DNA of 64,000 nt from contig JAAZCE010000040.1 in NCBI GenBank assembly GCA_012513435.1, positions 32,570 to 96,569 on the forward strand. Reading direction: 5' to 3'. Below are positions 11,316 to 21,221 of the stretch, one piece after another. This DNA is from Clostridiales bacterium. GTDB taxonomy: Bacteria > Bacillota > Clostridia > Peptostreptococcales > Anaerovoracaceae. The notes under the pieces were generated by a model that saw only the letters and a list, made by a program, of their open reading frames with translations, was not told where the DNA came from and did no database searches. How positions within the stretch are numbered: the stretch's first letter is position 1; each line of letters begins with the position of its first letter. The position numbers and the translations under genes were made by a program.

Positions 11316-12059
11316 ATGCGTAAACTTAGCGAAAGATTGCAGGTAATGGCTGATAATACAATGGGTTCAAAAACCGTGGCCGATGTTGGTAGTGACCATG
11401 GTTTTTTGTCTATTAATCTTATGGAAGAGGGGCTTAGTGAAAGAGTCATAGTTACGGATGTAAGCCGACACTCATTGGATAAGGCTGTTGCTAACTGCAG
11501 GGAGGAACTGGCGGATGTAAGCAGCATTGAGTTCAGATGCGGAGACGGTCTGACCGTACTGGGGCGAGGCGAGGCAGACGCAGTTGTAATAGGAGGAATG
11601 GGCGGCAGGCTTATTCGGGATATAATGGCTCTTGACCTTGAACATGCCTGTTCATTCAGGAAATTTGTATTGCAGCCGCGAATAGGGCAGGGACGTCTTA
11701 GAAATTGGCTCTGTGAAAAGGGTTTTCAAATAGTCAGAGAGGATGTTGTCAAGGAAGGCCGCTACATACCGGAAATCATCACAGCAATAAGCCCAGAATT
11801 TGATATTGATGAAGAACCTCTTAATTACGGAATAGACTTGTCAGAGCTTGACGGAGATGATATTATCTGTAAGGTACCTCCGTGGATAATCAAGGCTCAC
11901 GGACCCGTACTGGGTTTCCTGTATAAGAATATTGAGAGAGAATCAAACACCTTGAACAATGTTCAGATGTCTAAAATAAGATACCAGGTATATGAAGAAA
12001 AGCTGAGAAGCAATATTAAATACTTGGAGGAGTTAGTAAAGGAGATGAAAAATGGATAA
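11316..12059 (+). CDS. trmK: tRNA (adenine22-N1)-methyltransferase
   Basis: VADVGSDHGFL, GDGL, IGGMGG, VLQP; synteny sigA-trmK-Nif3. Confidence 0.9.
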   Translation: MRKLSERLQVMADNTMGSKTVADVGSDHGFLSINLMEEGLSERVIVTDVSRHSLDKAVANCREELADVSSIEFRCGDGLTVLGRGEADAVVIGGMGGRLIRDIMALDLEHACSFRKFVLQPRIGQGRLRNWLCEKGFQIVREDVVKEGRYIPEIITAISPEFDIDEEPLNYGIDLSELDGDDIICKVPPWIIKAHGPVLGFLYKNIERESNTLNNVQMSKIRYQVYEEKLRSNIKYLEELVKEMKNG

Positions 12060-12846
12060 GAAATCAAGGGTAAGCGTTAAAGAAGTAGCTGAAATAATTA
12101 ATGAGCTGATACCTAATTCAACTCAGGAAGAGTGGGATAACAGCGGACTGATCATAGGATTTGAGGACAGGGAAGTAAAACGAATAATCACCTGCCTGGA
12201 TATAAACGCAGCTGTTCTAGAGGAAGCCCTCGGCAAAAAAGTCGATATGATAGTTTCCCATCATCCCTTAATATTTGATGACATCAAATCAATAAGCGAT
12301 GGAGATTCTGCTGGGAAAATGATTATGAGTCTGATAGCAGGTGGCATATCCGTATATTCATCGCATACGCCCTTTGACAAGATAAAGGGGGGTAACAACG
12401 ATGTCATTGCCAAGAATATAGGGCTGACCTCCGTGAAGACAATGGGGGAGGCGGAACTATGCAGGAAGGGAAAGCTGAAGAAGCATCTTTCCTTTGCACA
12501 GACCATAGAGGCTGTTGCCCAGGGATTGGAAATGAGCCTGAGAAGCATACGCACCGTAGGGGCTCTCGATAAGGAGATAGGCATGGTAGGTGTATGCTCA
12601 GGATCCGGAGCTGAATTCATGGAGCTGGCAAAGGAAAACGGATGTGATTTATTGATTACGGGAGATGTAAAATATCATCAGGCAATGGCTGCTGAAGAAT
12701 TGGGCATATGTGTAATCGACGCAGGCCATTACCATACGGAAAAGTTTTTTGGCGCAGCGATGAAGGAAAAGCTTGAAAAAAGACTTGAAGATGATGTGGA
12801 AATAATAGTGTCGGAAAAAGGTAGGGATCCTTTCGAGGCATTATAG
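12052..12846 (+). CDS. Nif3-like dinuclear metal centre protein (GTP cyclohydrolase 1 type 2 family)
   Basis: WDNSGL, HHPLIF, HTPFD, TGDVKYH, DAGHYHTE. Confidence 0.93.
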   Translation: MDKKSRVSVKEVAEIINELIPNSTQEEWDNSGLIIGFEDREVKRIITCLDINAAVLEEALGKKVDMIVSHHPLIFDDIKSISDGDSAGKMIMSLIAGGISVYSSHTPFDKIKGGNNDVIAKNIGLTSVKTMGEAELCRKGKLKKHLSFAQTIEAVAQGLEMSLRSIRTVGALDKEIGMVGVCSGSGAEFMELAKENGCDLLITGDVKYHQAMAAEELGICVIDAGHYHTEKFFGAAMKEKLEKRLEDDVEIIVSEKGRDPFEAL

Positions 12847-12883
12847 GTTAAAGTGAAATTAAAATAGCAAAGTAACATATTAA

Positions 12884-13233
12884 TTGGGTAAGACTGGCAA
12901 TCGCGTACACCTTCGGGGTGTATGAGGAAAGTCCGGGCTCCATAGAGCAAGGATGCCGGATAACGTCCGGCGTAGGTAACTATAGGGAAAGTGCAACAGA
13001 AACACACCGCCGAAACGGGTAATGCCGTGGTAAGGTTGAAATTGTGAGGTAAGAGCTCACAGGGAGGTATGGTAACATATCTTTCGTGTAAACCCCATCC
13101 GGAGCAAGACCAAATAGGGCATAAAAGGCGGCTGCTCGTCGCTGCCCGATAGGTAGGTCGCTTGAGTCTGTTGGCAACGGCAGACCTAGATAGATGATTG
13201 TCTGATACAGAACCCGGCTTACGTCTTACCCAA
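12884..13233 (+). ncRNA. rnpB: RNase P RNA (type A-like)
   Basis: GAGGAAAGTCCGGGCTC, GAAAGTGCAACAGA, GAGCAAGACCAAATAG, ACAGAACCCGGCTTA; ends TTGGGTAAGAC / GTCTTACCCAA pair as P1. Confidence 0.97.
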
Positions 13234-13316
13234 TCTATTATTTAATAATTTTTGCATTTTGCAAAAGCAGATCAAAAAAATTGAACAAAAAACATATAAC
13301 TAAACCCCTAAAAACG

Positions 13317-13345
13317 TTGACATTTCAACGTTTTTAGTTTATAAT
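13317..13345 (+). promoter_or_regulatory. Consensus sigma-A promoter of the cell-wall hydrolase gene
   Basis: TTGACA (13317-13322), 17 bp, TATAAT (13340-13345); overlapped by a 13-bp inverted repeat at 13308-13337. Confidence 0.85.
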
Positions 13346-13412
13346 TAATTAAAATTAAGGATAAAATCGGACTAAAAATCATGCAATAATAGTGGTAAAC
13401 AAGGAGGAAATT

Positions 13413-15677
13413 ATGTCAACACGAATAAAGCTGAGTAACGGGAGAATAACACCTTTTCTACTGGCATTTCTTATGGTTATCAGCGTTTTCGCAGCAGTGT
13501 CATTAATAAAAACGGACATAGTTTATGCGGACGGAGAAACCGGTAAAGTGGCTACAGACGTTCTAAATGTAAGGTCGGGGGCGGGTACCAACTATTCCAG
13601 GATAGGTACCATTACTCAGGGAAAGACCTTCACTGTAACAGGGACGGCCAAGGACAGTTACGGGGTGACTTGGTACAAGTTTACTTTCAATTCAAGAAAC
13701 GGATATGTGTCCTCACAGTACGTTAACATAACACAGCCTTCTGTAACCCCAGTTAGCGACCTCCAAGGTACTGTAAAATCGGCAGAAGGTCTTAATGTAA
13801 GGTCAGGTCCGGGAACAAATTACGGCAGACTTGGTTTATTGAGCAATGGAAAGACCTTCACTATAACTGGAAAATCCCAGGCAAGTAATGGGGTATGGTG
13901 GTATAGACTATCATATAATGGTAGTACAGGTTTCGTTACTTCACAGTATGTAACGACGAAGTCAACTGCTGCAGCCGTAACCACAGTTGAGAACACTACG
14001 GGGACCGTAAACGATAAGGACGGACTGAATGTAAGGTCAGGTCCGGGAACTAGCTACAGCAAGCTTGGATATTATGCCAACGGCAAAACATTTGCAGTAA
14101 CAGGCAAGGCCCAGGCAAGCGATGGAGTGTGGTGGTACCAGCTTACATACGGTGATAAAACGGGTTACGTTTCTTCTGCATATGTCAAGACAACAACTAC
14201 TACACCAACAGAGCCTTCAGCTCCTGAGGGAACTACCGATCCCGCTGAAACCGAAAAAAGAGTAGGAACGGTGAATGCATCTGACGGACTTTTCGTGAGA
14301 AGCGGCCCGGGAACAAATTACGGCAAGATAGGAGCCTTTGATAATAAGAAGACCTTTGATATAACAGGCGAGGAAAAAAGCACAGCCGGGGTTATATGGT
14401 ATAAACTTACATACGGTGGTAAGACTGGATATGTTTGTGGAACCTATGTAACTGTTACTACAGGAGAAAATGCTGCAGAGGAAACCACTAAACCAGAGCC
14501 CGTAACCTTCCAAATGGGCACAGTAAACACCTCCGATGGATTGAATGTAAGAACAGGTCCGGGAACAGGCTATAGCATACTTACCGTGCTTAATGACAAG
14601 ACATCTGTTGTTATCATAGGTTCAGAGAAGGCAAGCAATGGAAAGACATGGTATAAGTATCAGTATTCCAGCAGCAGAGTAGGGTATGTATGCTCGGATT
14701 ATATGACCGTCAAGACTGTAACCTCAGACAGTGATTTTGAAGCATATATGGATGCTCAGGGATTCCCTGAAAGCTACAAGCCTGGTTTGAGGGTTATGCA
14801 CGCAGCACATCCGCAGTGGGTATTCAAGGCTTCGAAGGTAGGCTACAGTTGGTCAGATGTTATTGCTAAGGAAAGCGTAGTAGGTAAAAACCTGGTAAGC
14901 TCTTCATCACCTGTATCATATAGGTCTACTGATCCGAAATCCTATAATTCCAGTACAGGCGTATGGGCCAAATTTGACGGCAGCTGGTATGCGGCCAACT
15001 CAACGGTAGTTGCATATTACATGGACCCAAGAAACTTCATGAGCGAATCGGGAATATATCAGTTCATGACCCACAGACACGATGGAGCATCTCAGAATGC
15101 AACTACGGTTAATGCCGTGATTTCAGGTTCCTTCATGCAGAGCAGGAATCCGGGAGGAGGGTACTCGTCATATGGTGCTCTTATCAGTGCTGCTGGAAGT
15201 GCATCAGGCGTTAATCCTAATGTTCTGGCTGCTATGATAATACAGGAGCAGGGCTGGGACGGAAGCGCTTTGGTATCAGGTACATATTCGGGATATGCAG
15301 GATATTACAATTTTTTCAATATAGGAGCTTATACGGCTGACGGTATGAATGCCATTCAGAGAGGACTCTGGTACGCATCTAATTCAGGTTCGTATTCCAG
15401 ACCTTGGAATACACCGTATAAATCAGTTCTAGGCGGAGCTCAGTTCTATGCAGAGGAGTATGTGAACGATAACCAGGATGCATACTATTATAAGAAGTTC
15501 AATGTGAAGAACGGCCTGGGCAATGTAGCAACACATCAGTACATGACTAACGTTGCAGGGGCTTCCAGCGAGGGAAGTATAGTGAAGAGAGCCTACAACA
15601 GCAATTCCAATTATCCTGTAATATTTGATATTCCTGTTTACAATAATATGCCGGCAGCTGCTTGTCCGCTGCCATAA
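13413..15677 (+). CDS. Secreted peptidoglycan hydrolase: five SH3b domains plus glucosaminidase-like (GH73/LytD-like) domain
   Basis: Signal peptide ending VYA; five (L/F)xVR(S/T)GxGTxY..WY..G(Y/F)V repeats; YYMDPRNF, IIQEQG, YYNFFNIGA, HQYMTNV; AAGGAGG RBS. Confidence 0.85.
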   Translation: MSTRIKLSNGRITPFLLAFLMVISVFAAVSLIKTDIVYADGETGKVATDVLNVRSGAGTNYSRIGTITQGKTFTVTGTAKDSYGVTWYKFTFNSRNGYVSSQYVNITQPSVTPVSDLQGTVKSAEGLNVRSGPGTNYGRLGLLSNGKTFTITGKSQASNGVWWYRLSYNGSTGFVTSQYVTTKSTAAAVTTVENTTGTVNDKDGLNVRSGPGTSYSKLGYYANGKTFAVTGKAQASDGVWWYQLTYGDKTGYVSSAYVKTTTTTPTEPSAPEGTTDPAETEKRVGTVNASDGLFVRSGPGTNYGKIGAFDNKKTFDITGEEKSTAGVIWYKLTYGGKTGYVCGTYVTVTTGENAAEETTKPEPVTFQMGTVNTSDGLNVRTGPGTGYSILTVLNDKTSVVIIGSEKASNGKTWYKYQYSSSRVGYVCSDYMTVKTVTSDSDFEAYMDAQGFPESYKPGLRVMHAAHPQWVFKASKVGYSWSDVIAKESVVGKNLVSSSSPVSYRSTDPKSYNSSTGVWAKFDGSWYAANSTVVAYYMDPRNFMSESGIYQFMTHRHDGASQNATTVNAVISGSFMQSRNPGGGYSSYGALISAAGSASGVNPNVLAAMIIQEQGWDGSALVSGTYSGYAGYYNFFNIGAYTADGMNAIQRGLWYASNSGSYSRPWNTPYKSVLGGAQFYAEEYVNDNQDAYYYKKFNVKNGLGNVATHQYMTNVAGASSEGSIVKRAYNSNSNYPVIFDIPVYNNMPAAACPLP

Positions 15678-15701
15678 ATCACAACAAGAGGGGATGATTT
15701 T

Positions 15702-16571
15702 ATGGAAAATAGAATACGAAGAGCTATCATATTAGTAGTAGTGTTAGCCTTTATGATACCGATGCTAACTCCAAGGGTGTTCGCAGCTTCCAACATTGCC
15801 ATAAATGGAGGAGAGAATGTCAAGGGTGGTGAAAAGTTCACCGTCACCGTTGTTTTTAGTGGCGATTCCATAGGAAGAGTGGATGGACAAATGCTATTTG
15901 ATACCAGCAAACTCACCTACCTGTCGGGAGGAAGCAGCAGCGGGAACACCGGATATATTCAGCTCAAAAAGGCGGGAACAGGTGGAGATATTACCTTCAG
16001 CATTAAGTTCCAGGCCGTATCGGGAGGAAGCACTAATCTGGAGGTTACCGTCAATGAGATGTATGACATAAATGAATCATACTTAGAGCCACCTGCCGCC
16101 AGTAAGGCCATTACCATAAGCGGAGATGCTGAAGAGGAAGAACTGATAACGGAGGAAGCCGACCCGGATAAACCAGTGAAGGAATCAAAGGTAATGGGTG
16201 TGGATGAGAAGCCTGAAGAGGGTATCAGCACTATGACGCTGATGATAATTGTAGCTGCTGTTTTGGCCGTGGGTATAGGGATCATAGTTGCAGTACTTTT
16301 AAGAAAGAAAAATAAAGAAACGGAACCGGCGGCGAAAGAGAACAAAAGAAACCAGGATATAGAGAAAGAAAATTTTGAAGACGAAGACGTTATATATGAC
16401 AGCTCTGGAAATATTGCGAGAAGGAGCCAAATGTCAAAAAACAAGCCGTCAAAAAATAAAACGTCAAAAAAGAAGGATTCCAAAGACCAGGCCACCAAGA
16501 AAAAATACGGCAACGAAGACACGGAGCTTTGGGAAGACTGGGACGGCGGTGACGATCATAGAATGAAATAG
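15702..16571 (+). CDS. Membrane-anchored protein with cohesin-like beta-sandwich domain
   Basis: Signal peptide (VFA), VKGGEKFTVTV..FDTSKLTYLSG..FSIKFQAV, acidic linker, one TM followed by RKKNK, charged tail. Confidence 0.6.
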   Translation: MENRIRRAIILVVVLAFMIPMLTPRVFAASNIAINGGENVKGGEKFTVTVVFSGDSIGRVDGQMLFDTSKLTYLSGGSSSGNTGYIQLKKAGTGGDITFSIKFQAVSGGSTNLEVTVNEMYDINESYLEPPAASKAITISGDAEEEELITEEADPDKPVKESKVMGVDEKPEEGISTMTLMIIVAAVLAVGIGIIVAVLLRKKNKETEPAAKENKRNQDIEKENFEDEDVIYDSSGNIARRSQMSKNKPSKNKTSKKKDSKDQATKKKYGNEDTELWEDWDGGDDHRMK

Positions 16572-16620
16572 TACTTGATGCATTATAATAAAGGCAAACC
16601 ATAAACATACGGAGAAACAA

Positions 16621-17889
16621 ATGCTTGAAAAAAACACCAAGGTATTAAAGGAAAACGAATTTCACCCTGTTCAACTCAGGGTGTTTTTCGTGATGATAAC
16701 TTTATATACATTTTATTTTACTTGCAACAACAATTTAGGAGTGGCCGCCAGCGAGATACAGAGGGAATTTAATCTCAATAATACTGAGTTCGGGGTTCTC
16801 TTCACCATATTCACGCTGGGATTCGGTTTGGGGCAGTTCTTTTCAGGTTATCTGGGTGACAGGTACAGCCCGAAGATACTTATGTTTGTCGGAGCTATAG
16901 GGGCGACCTGTGCTAATATCGGGTTTGGAATCTCATCAAATATGACGGTATTTTGTATATTGTGGGCTGTAAATGCAGTCTCGCTCGCTATGGGTTGGTC
17001 ACCGGGCTGCAGCATTCTGTTCAGATGGATACCTAGAAAAAGATGGGGACTGTTCATGGGGTTTTTTGATGCTTTTGCATTCCTTGGCGGTAGCATAATA
17101 TATCCGATAGCGGGTTTTGCCATATCGTATCTGAGTTGGCGCGCCGCATTTATCATACCGGCGGTACTCCTCGCATTATGGACTGTTGTGTTTTTCGCAT
17201 ACGTAAAGGATTCACCGCAACAGTATGGCTTTACAATAGAATGGAAAAGAGAGGATTCCAAGGAAATAGTCACCATAAAGGATTATTTTTATATTTTGAA
17301 AAACTTTGACCTAATTCTCGTTTCCATATCAACCATATGCAGTCAGTTCGTTAGGTGGGGTCTGGTAAACTGGATAATCAAGATTCTCAGCAATTCCGAG
17401 GACGATGGTGGATTTGGTATCGCTTTGGTGACGGCTACGCTCATAGCATCGGCAATGCACTGGGGCGGTGCAATATTTTCCATAGGCTTGGGATACATGT
17501 CGGATATTGTGTTCAATGGAAAACGGTGGCAGACCATAAGCATAGGGTTTATCGTAAGCGGTGCAAGCTTGGTAATTATATATCTATTTGGATATTCGCT
17601 GATAGGTGTAAATGGAGGCATATTTATTCTAGCAGCATTGTTGTTTTTGGCAGGTGGTTGCATACAGGGTGTTCAGGCACCTCTTTTCAATCTACCTGCT
17701 GATATACTAGGAACAAGACTTGGGGGTACAGGCGTAGGTATCGTAAATGGCTGGTCGTACATCGGAGCATCTTTTTCAGGTGCGACTTTGGGACTGGTTA
17801 TGGACAACTTCGGGCTCATATCATGTATTAGGCTTATGGCAGTGATTTCTTTTATAGGAGCTGCGGTAATATGGGTATTAAAAAAATGA
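16621..17889 (+). CDS. MFS transporter (GlpT/UhpC-like organophosphate group)
   Basis: About 12 hydrophobic segments; GQFFSGYLGDRYSPK motif A; MGWSPG..RWIPRKRWG. Confidence 0.8.
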   Translation: MLEKNTKVLKENEFHPVQLRVFFVMITLYTFYFTCNNNLGVAASEIQREFNLNNTEFGVLFTIFTLGFGLGQFFSGYLGDRYSPKILMFVGAIGATCANIGFGISSNMTVFCILWAVNAVSLAMGWSPGCSILFRWIPRKRWGLFMGFFDAFAFLGGSIIYPIAGFAISYLSWRAAFIIPAVLLALWTVVFFAYVKDSPQQYGFTIEWKREDSKEIVTIKDYFYILKNFDLILVSISTICSQFVRWGLVNWIIKILSNSEDDGGFGIALVTATLIASAMHWGGAIFSIGLGYMSDIVFNGKRWQTISIGFIVSGASLVIIYLFGYSLIGVNGGIFILAALLFLAGGCIQGVQAPLFNLPADILGTRLGGTGVGIVNGWSYIGASFSGATLGLVMDNFGLISCIRLMAVISFIGAAVIWVLKK

Positions 17890-18053
17890 TTTGAATATAA
17901 GTTTTGTGAATGCTATCCTGCCTTTTTTGCAAGAATTAAAGAAAAATATTGTTTGGCATAGGGTGTACTCTATGGTATGTTGTTATTGATGAGATTACTG
18001 ACTATAAATCGCGTAAAATGACAGCTGCTAAAGAAAATAGGAGAAAAGGGAGC

Positions 18054-19319
18054 ATGACTAATAGCGACGGGACTTTCAACAAGGCGCATTGGAAAAAGAA
18101 CGTATCATTATTTTTGGGAGGTCAGGCGGTTACCCTTATCGGCTCATCTCTGGTGGGATATGCTATAATGTGGTACGTTACCTTGGAAACTCAATCGGGA
18201 GTGGTACTGACACTTTTTACAGTAGCGACTATGCTGCCTATGTTTTTCATTTCACCCTTCGGCGGAGTATGGGCGGACCGTTTCAACCGCAAGCATTTAA
18301 TTAACGTAGCGGATGCCTCTATAGCGGCGGTTACCCTTGTAATAGCCCTGTTATTTTCCTTGGGCATTGAAAACTTGACACTGCTGTTTGTATGTTCCAT
18401 TGTAAGAAGCTTTGGGCAGGGCGTACAGATGCCGGCAGTCAGCGCATTGATTCCTCAGATTACCCCAGAAGATAAGTTGGTAAGAGTGAATGGCATCAAT
18501 TCAAGCATTCAGTCATTATCGACTCTTGGTTCACCGGCTTTAGCGGGGCTCCTGCTTACCATATCCCCTATACAGCTCATACTGTTCATCGATGTTACCA
18601 CAGCCATTATCGGTATATCGATTTTGTTCTTCTTTGTCAAGGTTCCGGTTAAAGTTAAAGAGGAAAAAATTGGCGAAGGCAACACCAATCTTGGTGATAT
18701 AAAGGCGGGTCTCAGATATATCAAGGAGTATCAATTTTTGAAGAGATACTTCGTTATCCTTGCCTTTTTCTATATATTGCTGACTCCGGCCATGCTTCTT
18801 TCTCCATTGCAGGTGACGAGGGATTTCGGAGCAGATGTATGGCGGCTTACGGCCGTAGAGATTGCATTTTCTGTAGGCATGCTTTTAGGCGGGCTTGTTA
18901 TCGCTGCATGGGGTGGATTCAAGAATAAAACCTTTACACTTATAGCAGGAACCGTGTTATTCGGTATGACTACGGTAGGGCTGGGAATTTCGTGGATATT
19001 CGCATTATATCTTGCATGCATAGCATTATCGGGGTTATGTGTGCCTATTGTCAACACTCCCGCCATGGTTATATTCCAGACAAAGGTAGATAACGATTAT
19101 ATGGGACGTGTTATGAGTATAATGACCATGATAGCCAGTCTTATGGTACCTCTGGGTATGGTGATATTCGGGCCTTTAGGAGATATTATACCTCTAGATT
19201 ACATTATGATAGGTACAGGGATGGGGACTGTGATTTTAGGGGTATATGTAATATTTGACAGGATAATGAGAGAAGCAGGAGAGAGCGATAACAGTCAGGA
19301 TAACAGTAAATTAGAATAG
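18054..19319 (+). CDS. MFS efflux transporter, DHA3 (Mef-like) family
   Basis: WKKNVSLFLGGQAVTLIGSSLVGYAIMWYVTLETQSG; GGVWADRFNRK; YMGRV. Confidence 0.85.
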   Translation: MTNSDGTFNKAHWKKNVSLFLGGQAVTLIGSSLVGYAIMWYVTLETQSGVVLTLFTVATMLPMFFISPFGGVWADRFNRKHLINVADASIAAVTLVIALLFSLGIENLTLLFVCSIVRSFGQGVQMPAVSALIPQITPEDKLVRVNGINSSIQSLSTLGSPALAGLLLTISPIQLILFIDVTTAIIGISILFFFVKVPVKVKEEKIGEGNTNLGDIKAGLRYIKEYQFLKRYFVILAFFYILLTPAMLLSPLQVTRDFGADVWRLTAVEIAFSVGMLLGGLVIAAWGGFKNKTFTLIAGTVLFGMTTVGLGISWIFALYLACIALSGLCVPIVNTPAMVIFQTKVDNDYMGRVMSIMTMIASLMVPLGMVIFGPLGDIIPLDYIMIGTGMGTVILGVYVIFDRIMREAGESDNSQDNSKLE

Positions 19320-19326
19320 TATAAAC

Positions 19327-19372
19327 ATTAAAAGAACTGTTTAAGAAAAATTCAAAAAACAGCTCTTTTAAT
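19327..19372 (+). terminator. Possible terminator hairpin
   Basis: Imperfect inverted repeat ATTAAAAGAACTGTTT / AAACAGCTCTTTTAAT just after the MFS stop. Confidence 0.45.
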
Positions 19373-19733
19373 ATTACTTATTCACATTAGGAATTTTAAA
19401 ATATCGGTATGCCTTGTGGATTTAAATTTGTCTCAGGTTAAAAAGTGCCTGGGATAGTTGATAGTACTCAACTGCTCTAAAAAGATAATCTGCCAAGCCA
19501 TTTTCCCTTTGCTCCAGTTTGGCGGAAAGTTCATAATCATATATCTATTCTAGCAGGACTTTAGTTTAGCGACAATTACCTAAAAGGTAGCTTCGCGGGT
19601 AATCTTTGACCCATGTCTACTCTTTTACTACTTCTTTTGTGGACTTTCCCCTGATAATTTGATAAACTAAATAAGCAAGCGGCCTTACTTAGTAGGCAGA
19701 ATGGAATGTTGACCCTTTTATGAAAGGAGCAAA

Positions 19734-20486
19734 ATGGATAATAATACTATTCTTTCTTTAAACAATGTTATTTATCAAATATATAATGTGACGGATTTTA
19801 CCGAGATGAGAATAAGCGTGCTGAATTCGCTAAAAACTCTGATTCCGAATTCATGCGGAAGTATTCTTATGGCAAGCGAGGCAGGTTCGCGTGAGCTTTT
19901 GTGTGATCCTGTATGTGTACCACAAAAATATTTAGGAATGGAGCAACGATATTTGAAGATGGAGGAATACGATTATAGCAGATGGCTGATACAGCGGAAG
20001 CAGACTACTGTTATGAGTGCAACATCCTTGATGCCCGATGAGCAGAGAGTGAAGACAGCAGTCTATCAGAGCTGCTTTGAACCCTTTGGCCTTCATTATT
20101 CCATCGACCTGACCATCGTCAATAACGGTCAATTTTTAGCTGTATTGGCATTGTACAGAACGAAGGAGGAAAGTGACTTCGGGGAAGATGAAGTGTTCCT
20201 GCTTCAGACATTGAGTGATCATCTCAACGCCCGGTTTTTTAGCAATAAAATGTTAAGGAAGGGTCCCTATGATATGCTGGAGAGGGGATTTTTCATTAAA
20301 AAGTATTCCCTGACTGCAAGAGAAGCGGAAATTTTACTGATGATACTTACCGAGAAATCCAATGAAGAAATAAGCGAATCACTTTGCATAAGCGTACATA
20401 CCCTGAAGAAACATTTGCAGAACCTTTACCGAAAAACTGGTGTTTCTAATCGAGTGCAGTTACTGGGACTGCGTGATAATGAATAG
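19734..20486 (+). CDS. LuxR-family regulator (N-terminal sensor, C-terminal HTH)
   Basis: LTAREAEIL..SNEEISESLCISVHTLKKHLQNLYRKTGVSNR; AAAGGAG RBS. Confidence 0.9.
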   Translation: MDNNTILSLNNVIYQIYNVTDFTEMRISVLNSLKTLIPNSCGSILMASEAGSRELLCDPVCVPQKYLGMEQRYLKMEEYDYSRWLIQRKQTTVMSATSLMPDEQRVKTAVYQSCFEPFGLHYSIDLTIVNNGQFLAVLALYRTKEESDFGEDEVFLLQTLSDHLNARFFSNKMLRKGPYDMLERGFFIKKYSLTAREAEILLMILTEKSNEEISESLCISVHTLKKHLQNLYRKTGVSNRVQLLGLRDNE

Positions 20487-20528
20487 AAATAAACAGATTG
20501 TAGTTGCTTATTCAAAAGCTACAAATAA

Positions 20529-20568
20529 AAAAGTGTCTGGCTCTTCTTAAGAAGTTCCGGACACTTTT
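20529..20568. terminator. Probable bidirectional terminator
   Basis: AAAAGTGTCTGG / CCGGACACTTTT hairpin between convergent genes. Confidence 0.7.
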
Positions 20569-20616
20569 GATGTTTTAGCCTATTCTATTTGCTTTATTCA
20601 GCTAGATTTATTCCAG

Positions 20617-21093
20617 TTACTGTTGTGCGCCTTTTACATATTGTGAGCTTCCGAATGCCAGAATGAAGAGGAATATGACACTGAGGAACAAAAGTCCAAA
20701 TCCATATCCTATGCCATGTCCGTAAGCTGCTGAAAGTTTGAAACAGAATGCAATGCCTATTGCAATCAGGAAAATCAGCAGGAGTAAGGAAATAATGAAA
20801 AGTACCAAGCCTGTGCCCGGGTCCATAAAGATAAATACGAAGGATACCGACATAAGAATGACGCAGACTACTGACCCAATTAATGAAATAACAAACCATT
20901 TGACTTTCCATGCTAGTTTGAAGAGCATATAGGAATTGTAAACAGGTATGATAGCCTTCCAGCCAGCTTCACCTGCCTTGGTAAACAACCTCCAGTATGC
21001 AATGACTGAGAGAACCACAATTGTTAATGATAGGACCATTGATACAGGGTTGTTGGACGAATCATAATTAGCTAATTCATTATAAAAATCCAT
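20617..21093 (-). CDS. DUF5684-like membrane protein
   Basis: WRLFTKAGEAGWKAIIPVYN and YGHGIGYGFGLLFL..ILAFGSSQY; AAAGGTGG before ATG 21093. Confidence 0.75.
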   Translation of the reverse strand: MDFYNELANYDSSNNPVSMVLSLTIVVLSVIAYWRLFTKAGEAGWKAIIPVYNSYMLFKLAWKVKWFVISLIGSVVCVILMSVSFVFIFMDPGTGLVLFIISLLLLIFLIAIGIAFCFKLSAAYGHGIGYGFGLLFLSVIFLFILAFGSSQYVKGAQQ

Positions 21094-21221
21094 AAAATTC
21101 ACCACCTTTGCTGTGTCTAAATATAAAAATAATAATTCTTGACTATCATTATACTGTATTTTTTAATGGAATACAAGCGGGTGTAAAACAATACAAGATT
21201 AAAGTGATAAATAATTAAAGT

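Noticed and set aside
12729-13177. Minus-strand ORFs of 92 and 65 aa
   Set aside because: Antisense to the Nif3 gene end and RNase P RNA
13794-14050. 23-bp exact repeat AATGTAAGGTCAGGTCCGGGAAC as a CRISPR or mobile repeat
   Set aside because: It encodes NVRSGPG in tandem SH3b domains; no spacer periodicity and no cas genes
18054-19319. mef(A) macrolide resistance gene
   Set aside because: Only family-level resemblance; no msr(D) partner or mobile context
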